Positions 18,004-25,495 of a stretch of 64,000 nucleotides of DNA are shown one piece after another. The stretch is from Myxococcota bacterium. GTDB lineage: Bacteria > Myxococcota_A > UBA9160 > UBA4427. The position numbers and the translations under genes were made by a program. Below the pieces are notes generated by a model that was not told the origin of the DNA, did not search any database, and was given only the letters and a program-made list of their open reading frames with translations. The stretch is from the NCBI GenBank assembly GCA_965250285.1, contig OZ252299.1:5607966-5671965 (forward strand), written 5' to 3'. Position 1 is the first letter of the stretch; every line of letters starts with the position of its first letter.

Positions 18004-19173
18004 TCACCGGCGATGCATCCCCAGAATCGACACGAAGAAGCCCGAGAGGATCGTCTGGAAACCCAGCGCGGCGAGCGTGACGCCGGGGATCACCCAGCGC
18101 AGCGTCGCCGGGTAGTCGAGCGCCCCGAAATCGTGCGCGAACCAGGTCGAAGCGGTCTGGCCGATCATCGCGAGCCCGGCGACGAACGCAGCGGCGCCGA
18201 TCAACAGGCCGCGCTCGAGCGTGGCCCAGCCGTAGAAGCGCTCGAGCCGCGCGTCGGGTGGCATCAGCCCGACGGTCGTGGCGAACGTCTTGCTGAAGAT
18301 GGCGAAGAGGATCGACTGATAGCCGAGCAGCAGCGACAGGCTTGCGACGAGCAGCGTGTGGACGCCGATCTGCGCGGGCCCGATGCGAATGCCGGGCAGC
18401 GCCAGCACGTAGCCCAGCAGGCCGGCGATCACGAGCAACGCGCCGGGCGCGAGGAAGAGCCAGCGCGGGCTGTACATGAGGAAGAAGCGGACCGTGCGCC
18501 ATCCGTCTCGGAACGTGCGCAGGTGCGGGCCGTGTGACTCGCGTCCGTCGGGATGCAGCGTGATCGGCACCTCGTCGATGCGGGCCCCGAGCAGCGTCGA
18601 CTTGATGATCATCTCGGTGGCGAACTCCATACCCGCGCAGCGCTGCTCGAGCCGGTCGTAGAGCTTCTTCGTGAAGCCGCGCATGCCGCAGTACACGTCG
18701 TGGATCGGCGTGCGAAACATGAAGCGAACCATGCGCGTGAGCATCGGGTTGCCGAGCCATCTGTGGAGCGGAGGCATGGCGCCCGGCAGCACGCGTCCGC
18801 CGCCCCAGGGCAGGCGGCAGCCCTGTACGAGATCGGCCCCCGCGCGCAGCTTCTCGACGAACTTCGGGATCTCGAGAAAGTCGTAGCTGTCGTCGGCGTC
18901 GCCCATCAGCACGAAGCGGCCGCGAGCCTCGGCGATGCCGCCCATGAGCGCGCTGCCGTAGCCGCGCTCGCTCACGTGCACGACGCGCGCGCCCAGCTCT
19001 TCGGCGATGGAGACCGATGCATCGGTCGAGCCGTTGTCGGCCACGATGATCTCGCCCACGATCTCGTGCTCGGTGAAGGCGGTCTGCGCCTTGCGAATGC
19101 AGGTCGCGAGCGTGTCCGCTTCGTTGAGGCACGGCATCACGACGCTGAGCTCGATGGAATCTCCGGCTTCCAT
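18004..19173 (-). CDS. glycosyltransferase family 2 with C-terminal TM domain (polyprenol-phosphate glycosyltransferase type)
   Basis: LSVVMPCLNEADTL, VADNGSTDAS, MGDADDSYD (DxD). Four C-terminal hydrophobic helices. Confidence 0.8.
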   Translation of the reverse strand: MEAGDSIELSVVMPCLNEADTLATCIRKAQTAFTEHEIVGEIIVADNGSTDASVSIAEELGARVVHVSERGYGSALMGGIAEARGRFVLMGDADDSYDFLEIPKFVEKLRAGADLVQGCRLPWGGGRVLPGAMPPLHRWLGNPMLTRMVRFMFRTPIHDVYCGMRGFTKKLYDRLEQRCAGMEFATEMIIKSTLLGARIDEVPITLHPDGRESHGPHLRTFRDGWRTVRFFLMYSPRWLFLAPGALLVIAGLLGYVLALPGIRIGPAQIGVHTLLVASLSLLLGYQSILFAIFSKTFATTVGLMPPDARLERFYGWATLERGLLIGAAAFVAGLAMIGQTASTWFAHDFGALDYPATLRWVIPGVTLAALGFQTILSGFFVSILGMHRR

Positions 19174-19349
19174 GCGCCAATCCTACAGCAACGGCGACGC
19201 GCGTCGGGCGGGGCGCTGCTACTCGAGGAAGTCGACACGCAGGGGACCGGCAGGCACGAACGCGTTTCGTCCTGCGACGTCCGTGCGCGGGGCGTTCGAC
19301 CCGGCGACGACGTGCGGGTGAGCGGGGCGATGGCGTATGCTCCCGCGCC

Positions 19350-20414
19350 ATGTCGAACGGGAACCCCGAGAGTGAGAGCGCACGCGACACGCTCGAGAAC
19401 GCCGGGCCCGTTCTCGTGGTCGGCGGCGCCGGCTACATCGGTTCACACATGCTGCGACTGCTCGTTCGAGAGGGCGTCGAATGCGCCGTCTTCGACGATC
19501 TCTCGACCGGCCACCGCGAGGCCGTCGGCGAGGCCAGGCTCCATGTCGCCAGCCTGGCGGATCGTGAGGCGCTCTCACGCGCCTTCGAGCAAGAGCGCCC
19601 CCGCTGCGTGATCCACTTCGCGGCCAAGTCGTATGTGGGCGAATCGGTCGAACGACCCGCGTTCTACTGGCGCGAGAATCTTGTGAACACGTGGAATCTG
19701 CTGGAGACGATGCGCGAGCACGACTGTGAGCGCATCGTCTTCTCGTCGACGTGCGCGACGTTCGGCGTGCCCGAACACTCGCCGATCGAAGACGATGCGC
19801 CGCAGAAGCCGATCACGGCCTACGGCCGCAGCAAGCTCGCGATCGAGCACATGCTCGACGACTACGCGATCGCCTATGGCCTGCGCTACGTCGCGCTTCG
19901 CTACTTCAACGCCGCTGGCGCGCACCACGATGGCGATCTCGGTGAGGATCACGATCCCGAGACCCATCTGATCCCGATCGTGCTCGAGGTCGCCGCGGGG
20001 CGCCGCGACGAGCTGTTGATGTTCGGCGACGACTATCCGACACCCGACGGCACCTGCATTCGCGACTACATCCACGTCGAAGACCTCGCAGATGCCCACC
20101 TCGCGGCGGCGAAGCTGCTCGCGCGCGAGCCCACGACGCTGTGCTGCAACCTCGGCACCGGGCGCGGCTATTCGGTGCGCGAGATCGCCGAGGTCGCGCG
20201 CCGGGTGACCGGGCATGCGATCCCCTCGCGCGTCGTCGATCGGCGCCCGGGTGACCCGCCCGAGCTGGTCAGCGGGGGGGGCCGCGCGAAGCAGGTGCTC
20301 GGCTTCGCGCCGAAGCGAAGCGACCTCGATGCGATCATCGAAGACGCCTGGCGATTCCATCGCTCGCACCCGGATGGCTACGGCTCCGACTCGCCCTCCG
20401 ACGCAAAGCGGTAA
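19350..20414 (+). CDS. galE: UDP-glucose 4-epimerase
   Basis: VLVVGGAGYIGSH, YGRSKLAIEHML (YxxxK), RYFNAAGA, DGTCIRDYIHVEDLA. Confidence 0.9.
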   Translation: MSNGNPESESARDTLENAGPVLVVGGAGYIGSHMLRLLVREGVECAVFDDLSTGHREAVGEARLHVASLADREALSRAFEQERPRCVIHFAAKSYVGESVERPAFYWRENLVNTWNLLETMREHDCERIVFSSTCATFGVPEHSPIEDDAPQKPITAYGRSKLAIEHMLDDYAIAYGLRYVALRYFNAAGAHHDGDLGEDHDPETHLIPIVLEVAAGRRDELLMFGDDYPTPDGTCIRDYIHVEDLADAHLAAAKLLAREPTTLCCNLGTGRGYSVREIAEVARRVTGHAIPSRVVDRRPGDPPELVSGGGRAKQVLGFAPKRSDLDAIIEDAWRFHRSHPDGYGSDSPSDAKR

Positions 20415-20431
20415 TCGACGAGGACGCTCTC

Positions 20432-22183
20432 CTGGCCCGCTCGAAGCAGAAGGCGAAGCGCTCCGCGAAGCCCGCCGAGAAGCGGTCGGCGAAGGGGTCG
20501 GCACCGGCGACGAAGGCGAAGGCCGGTCGCGTCGGTCTCTTCGGCCTGTGGGGTGCCTTCGCCGTCGTCGGACTCTTCGTCTACGGCCCGGCGCTCGGCG
20601 GCGACTTCATCTCGGACGACGACCACTACGTCAAGAACAACCCGTACGTGCACGACTTCATGGTGCCGGCGAACTTCGTCGCGATCTGGGATCCGACGAG
20701 CGTGGTCACGATCCTCGTCGAGAACTACGCGCCGGTGCACCTCGTGCTTCACGGCGTCGAGTGGCAGCTCTTCGGCGAACGCGTGGCGGGCTATCACGTC
20801 GTCAACGTCCTCATGCACGCGCTGGCCACGACCCTGCTCTTCGTGCTCTTTGCCCGCAGCGGCATTCCACGAATGCCGGCGCTCATCGGTGCAGCGATCT
20901 TCCTCGTGCACCCTGGCAACGTCGAGAGCGTGGCCTGGATCTCGCAGCTCAAGAGCTCGTCGTCGCTCGTCCTGACGTTGGCCGCCGTGCTGGCCCATCC
21001 GCGGCGCCCGTTGCTCGCGATCGTGTGCTTCGCCTTCGCCCTGCTTGCCAAGCCCTTCGCCGCGGTCGCGTTCTTCGCGGTGCTGCTCTTCGGGTGGGTC
21101 CGGAGCGCGCCGCGCGGAGAGCAGCCGGCCGACGGCGTCGGCGTCGATTGGCGATGGCGATGGCTCGGCGGCTGGGTGGCCGCGCTCGTCGGCTTCGCGA
21201 TCGTCGAGGCGCTCGCGTTCTCGAGCACGGCGGGCCAGGCGCCGACGCTCTATGCCGAGCCGCTGACGCGCATCTGCATGATGATCACGGCGGGCGGTCG
21301 CTACCTCTTCATGGCGCTCACCGGCATGGGGCTCTCGGTCTTTCACGAGCCCGCGCCGATCTCGAATCTGTTGCATCCGCAGGTGCTCGCTTCGCTCGTC
21401 GTGCTGATTGCGGTGGCGTGGCGGCTCGTCGTCGTGGTGCGCCGTCGCAGCGAGGAGGCGGTGTACTGGATCTGGGCGCTCATCTCGTTCGGGCCGCTCT
21501 CGGGCGTCGTGCCGCTGCCCTATCCCATCGCCGACCGGTACCTCTACTTCATCCTGCCCGGCCTGATCGGCGCCGTGCTGCTGGCACTGCCCGAGCTCGG
21601 TCGTTGGCTCGAAGCTCGGCTCGGTGAGCGCATCGACGCATCGACGCTCTCGCGCGGTGCCGTGGGGCTGGGCGTCGCGGCGTTGCTGGTCTTCGGTGCG
21701 CAGGCCCATGCGCGCGCCGACATCTGGCGCAGCGCCGAGGCGATGATGGCCGACTCGGAGCGCAACTATCCCGATGGCGCCGCCGCGAACACGCGCAAGG
21801 CCGGGCGCGCTGCCCGGTCGGGTGACTTCGCCGCCGCGGTCGGCCACCTCGAAGCAGCCCATGCGCGCGGCTACAACCGGCTCGATCACCTGCTGATCGA
21901 TTCGTCGTACCGCCCGATGCAGGCCTATCCGCCCTTCGTTGCGCTGAAGGAGACGATGGCGCAGGAGTGGATCGAGCGACTGGGTGCCGACGGCGCATCG
22001 TCGCAGGTCGAGGCGCGGGCGCTTGCGCAGGCCTACATCGTGCTCGACGACATCGAGCAGGCGCTGCAACTGGTCGAGTCGGCCGCGGTCCTGCCCGGTC
22101 CGATCACGACCGAGCTGCAGCGCGATGCCGACATGCTGCGCGCCGAGCTCGCGCGCCGCGAACGCCTGCGCGCGCTCCAGTAG
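20432..22183 (+). CDS. TMTC/PMT-like GT-C membrane protein with C-terminal TPR-like region; probable non-canonical (CTG) start
   Basis: The ORF track starts at GTG 20648. The same frame stays open upstream and encodes TM1 plus the family DD loop: RVGLFGLWGAFAVVGLFVYGPALGGDFISDDDHYVKNNPYV. There is no ATG/GTG/TTG in that stretch. CTG 20432 sits 7 nt after GAGGA. The downstream sequence HVVNVLMHA...VHPGNVESVAWIS is typical of the family. Confidence 0.6.
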   Translation: MARSKQKAKRSAKPAEKRSAKGSAPATKAKAGRVGLFGLWGAFAVVGLFVYGPALGGDFISDDDHYVKNNPYVHDFMVPANFVAIWDPTSVVTILVENYAPVHLVLHGVEWQLFGERVAGYHVVNVLMHALATTLLFVLFARSGIPRMPALIGAAIFLVHPGNVESVAWISQLKSSSSLVLTLAAVLAHPRRPLLAIVCFAFALLAKPFAAVAFFAVLLFGWVRSAPRGEQPADGVGVDWRWRWLGGWVAALVGFAIVEALAFSSTAGQAPTLYAEPLTRICMMITAGGRYLFMALTGMGLSVFHEPAPISNLLHPQVLASLVVLIAVAWRLVVVVRRRSEEAVYWIWALISFGPLSGVVPLPYPIADRYLYFILPGLIGAVLLALPELGRWLEARLGERIDASTLSRGAVGLGVAALLVFGAQAHARADIWRSAEAMMADSERNYPDGAAANTRKAGRAARSGDFAAAVGHLEAAHARGYNRLDHLLIDSSYRPMQAYPPFVALKETMAQEWIERLGADGASSQVEARALAQAYIVLDDIEQALQLVESAAVLPGPITTELQRDADMLRAELARRERLRALQ

Positions 22184-22186
22184 TCG

Positions 22187-22230
22187 ACGCCGCACCACGC
22201 CGCACCACGCCGCACCACGCCGCACCACGC
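22187..22230. repeat. 10-bp tandem repeat (CGCACCACGC x4 plus partial copies)
   Basis: Read directly: four perfect consecutive copies at 22191-22230, immediately after the TAG at 22181-22183, between convergent genes. Confidence 0.9.
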
Positions 22231-22240
22231 CGCGCACCCC

Positions 22241-22271
22241 CACGCACGCGCTCGGCGCGGTGGCGTGCGTG
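22241..22271. terminator. GC-rich hairpin between convergent genes (possible bidirectional terminator)
   Basis: CACGCACGC (22241-49), a 13-nt loop, then GCGTGCGTG (22263-71). Perfect 9-bp stem, no U-tract. Confidence 0.4.
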
Positions 22272-22284
22272 AACGGCGCCGGCG

Positions 22285-25200
22285 TCAGCGAGCGCCCGGC
22301 GGGCGCGCACCGAGGCGCCGGCGCAAGGCGGCCCGCTCCCCCGGCGCATACTGGCTCGGATCGACGCGTGTCTCGACGGCGAGGGCCACCCGGGCGAGCG
22401 CCACGTCGCGGTTCTTCCCTCGGTTGGCCCCTGCGAAGTCGGCCAGGGTCGCGATGGTCGCCGCATGCTGGCCCGCGCCGAGGTTGGCGCGTGCGCGCAG
22501 CAGCAGATCCTCACGCAGCCGCGGGCTGCCGGGGATCACGCGGTCGATCAACGCGACCGCGTCGGCTGCATGGGCAGGGTCGCCCCGCTCGATTCGCCAC
22601 CTGGCTTGGAGCCGGCGGGCCGCGTCGGTCGCCGGATGTGGATGGTCGATCGCGGCGAGGTCTTCGTCGAGCGCCGCGATCTGCGCCCACTCACCGGCGC
22701 GCGCCAGCGCCCACGCATCGACGACCACCTGCGAAGGCGCGTCGAGCCCCTCGGCGATCGTCTCGAACTCGTCGCTCGGCGTACGCCGCCACGGTCGCTG
22801 CGCCTCGAGCATGGCGAAGCGATGGCCGACCGCATCGGGGTTCGCCTCGAAGGCGCGCGCGAGCTCGCGGCGCACCGCGCCGCGGTCGAGCTGGCGCGCC
22901 GCGATCGCGCCGAGCGCGAGGGCCCGGTCGGCGGGGTCTTCGATCTGCTGCGCGCACGCCTTCGCGCGCGCGAAGTGATCGATGCGAAGCAGCGCGCGCA
23001 CGAGCTGCGACGTCGGCGTGCGGGCCGGGTGGGTGGCGTCGCAGGCCGCGGTGGGGGCGCCGAGCGTGTCGAGGGAGAGCACCCGGCGCTTCTCTCGCAC
23101 GAGCGCCGGGGATCGCATCTGCAGCAGGTTGCGTTCGTCCGTGCTCACCTCGCCGCGCTCGGCCAGCCGCCGCGCGCCCTTGGGATCGAAGGCGACGTGC
23201 GCAGCGATGTCGACCGCGTCCCGGATCCCGATCGCCGCATACGTCTCGGGCGCGCGATCGATGGCCGTGGGCCCGCTCGATTCGAGGTCGAGGGGCGCGT
23301 TCGAAGCGAAGAACACGACACCGGCGGGCTGCGGTTGGTGAACGGTGACGTAGGGAAAGACATCCTGAAGCGTCGCCACGAGCACCTCGAGCAGCGCCGG
23401 GTCGATGTAGGCGAGGCCCATCCACTGTACGAAGACGCCTTCGGGCTTCAGGTGCGATGCGACGAGCTCGAAGAACTCGCGGGTGTAGAGATGGGACGCC
23501 CCCGCGGTCCACGGATGAGAGGGCTGGGAGACGATCGCGTCGAAGCGGCGATCGGTGAGCGTGAGGGCCCCTCGCGCATCGTTCACGACGACGTGGATGC
23601 GCGGATCGGACAGCGGGTCGAAGCCGCGATGCGGCGCCATGTACGCGTTGGCGGCGACGACCTCGTCCTCGAGCTCGATGACCTGCACGTCCTCGACGAA
23701 GCCGGGCACCCATTCGAGGAGCACGCCGCCTCCGAGGCCGATCACGAGCATGTCGCGCATCTCGGGGCGAGCGAGCGCGGCCCCCGCGCCGAGCCAGTGG
23801 CTGACGCGATAGACGTCGCTGCGCCCGCCCGGCGGCTGGATCACCGCTTCGGGCAGACCGTTGGTCGCGAGGTGATGGGCGCCCATTCGCCGCAGCACCG
23901 TCACCGTCGCGCTGCGTCCGACCGCGTCGAAGGCGAGCGCACCCGTCGAGGTCTGCAGGCCGAGCGGCGCGGTGCGCAGCAGCGTCCAGGGCGTCGGGGG
24001 CGGAACGAGCAGCACCCCCAGCGCGACCACGGCGGCGGCCGCCATGCGCCCGATCGGCTGCCTGCCTGGTGCGGGCGCGCGCCATGCGACGAAGGCGGCG
24101 AGAAGGGCGTTGGTCGCGATGGCGAGCGAGATGGCGCGGGCGAAGCCGAGGGCCGGAATCAAGAAGAAGCCTGCGCCGAGCGCGCCGATGATCGCGCCGA
24201 CCGTGTTCCACGCGTAGACGCGGGCCGAAGCCGCCGCGGCCGTGGTCTCGTCGCGCGCGTAGAGGCGGACGGCGAGCGGAAACGTGGCGCCGAGGAGCAC
24301 GGTCGAGGGCAGCAGCACGGCGATGCTCGCGATGGCGTCGGCGGCGAGCCGGCTCGCGCCGCCGTCGGCGAGGGCGCGCGTGAAGACGGGCAGGGCGTCG
24401 ATCGCAAAGAACGCGCCGAGCGACAGCAGGCCGATGCCCAGCTGGCAGACGAAGAGCGCGCGAGCCGCGCTCGTCGTCGTGCGACTGAAGCGCGTCGCCG
24501 CGGCCGAGCCGAGCGCGATGCCGGTCAGGAAGCTCGCGAGCATCGTGGCGAATGCGTACACGCTGCCGCCGAGCACCTGGCCGAGCAGCCTCGTCCAGAG
24601 CACCTCGTAGCTGAACGAGACCGCGCCGCTCGCGAGCATGACGGGCAGCACCCAGCCATGCGCGAAGCCGCCGCGTCGACTCGCGGCGACGTCGGGGCCT
24701 GCGTCGGTCGCTGCTTCGCCGCGCACGCCGACACTGGCCGCCGCCACGAACACGGCCGCGTTGGCGGCGACGGCCACCCACACGGTGCCCGACAAGCCGA
24801 GCGCCGGCAGCAGCCAGAACCCGGCGAGAAGGGTGCCGATCACGGCGCCGGCCGTGTTCAGTGCGTAGAGGATCGCGATGCGAGGCCCGACGTCGCGTTG
24901 CCGATGGATCGCCTCGCGTGCGAGCAGCGGGAGCGTGGCGCCCATGAGACCGGTCGGCACGATCAGCACCGCGAACGCCGTGACCAGGTAGAAGATCGCG
25001 TGCACCGGGTGGCCGGCGGCGGGCGGCGCCCCCGACGTCGCGAAGAGCCAGGCGTGGAGCGCGTCGGCGCCGCGCAGCGCGAAGGGCACGCAGAGCGCCG
25101 AGACGGCGATGGCGCCTTCGAGGACGCCGTAGACGAGCACCGGTCGCCGCACTCGGCCGACGAGGCGCGCCGCAACGGCGGCGCCGACGGCGAGCCCGGC

Positions 25201-25479
25201 CATGTAGGCGGCGAGGACGGTCGCCACGGCGAGCTCGCTCGTGCCGAAGACGAAGGCGAACGTGCGCGTCCACGCGGTCTGATAGATCAACGCGGCGAGG
25301 CCAGAGAGGAAGAAGCACAGCAGCAGCAGCGCGAACGACGACCGCGAGGGCTCGGCGCCGTTCGGTACGCCGCCTGTCGCCGTCGAACCGCCGTCGTTCG
25401 ATGCGCCGAGCGCGCTGGCGTTCGATTCGCCGCTCGAAGCCGAGTGTTCGACGGGTTCGGGCTCGCTCGCCTCGGTCAT
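22285..25479 (-). CDS. fused polytopic-membrane / spermidine-synthase-like / TPR protein
   Basis: Within ORF 22285..25527; ATG 25479 avoids overlap with the upstream TPR gene. The N-terminal ~500 aa are hydrophobic (MFS-like). LVIGLGGGVLLEW, VVNDARGAL and FDAIVSQPSHPWTAGASHLYTREFF match the fused MFS/SpeE-like family. The C-terminal ~300 aa are helical repeats. Confidence 0.75.
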   Translation of the reverse strand: MTEASEPEPVEHSASSGESNASALGASNDGGSTATGGVPNGAEPSRSSFALLLLCFFLSGLAALIYQTAWTRTFAFVFGTSELAVATVLAAYMAGLAVGAAVAARLVGRVRRPVLVYGVLEGAIAVSALCVPFALRGADALHAWLFATSGAPPAAGHPVHAIFYLVTAFAVLIVPTGLMGATLPLLAREAIHRQRDVGPRIAILYALNTAGAVIGTLLAGFWLLPALGLSGTVWVAVAANAAVFVAAASVGVRGEAATDAGPDVAASRRGGFAHGWVLPVMLASGAVSFSYEVLWTRLLGQVLGGSVYAFATMLASFLTGIALGSAAATRFSRTTTSAARALFVCQLGIGLLSLGAFFAIDALPVFTRALADGGASRLAADAIASIAVLLPSTVLLGATFPLAVRLYARDETTAAAASARVYAWNTVGAIIGALGAGFFLIPALGFARAISLAIATNALLAAFVAWRAPAPGRQPIGRMAAAAVVALGVLLVPPPTPWTLLRTAPLGLQTSTGALAFDAVGRSATVTVLRRMGAHHLATNGLPEAVIQPPGGRSDVYRVSHWLGAGAALARPEMRDMLVIGLGGGVLLEWVPGFVEDVQVIELEDEVVAANAYMAPHRGFDPLSDPRIHVVVNDARGALTLTDRRFDAIVSQPSHPWTAGASHLYTREFFELVASHLKPEGVFVQWMGLAYIDPALLEVLVATLQDVFPYVTVHQPQPAGVVFFASNAPLDLESSGPTAIDRAPETYAAIGIRDAVDIAAHVAFDPKGARRLAERGEVSTDERNLLQMRSPALVREKRRVLSLDTLGAPTAACDATHPARTPTSQLVRALLRIDHFARAKACAQQIEDPADRALALGAIAARQLDRGAVRRELARAFEANPDAVGHRFAMLEAQRPWRRTPSDEFETIAEGLDAPSQVVVDAWALARAGEWAQIAALDEDLAAIDHPHPATDAARRLQARWRIERGDPAHAADAVALIDRVIPGSPRLREDLLLRARANLGAGQHAATIATLADFAGANRGKNRDVALARVALAVETRVDPSQYAPGERAALRRRLGARPPGAR

Positions 25480-25495
25480 GATGGCCGGACCGTTC

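Noticed and set aside
19250-19275. Imperfect palindrome GCAGGCACGAA-CGCGT-TTCGTCCTGC in the GT2/galE divergent region, as an operator or sigma54 site.
   Set aside because: It has one bulge, is short and GC-rich, and has no TTGC -12 element. That is not distinctive enough in this base composition.
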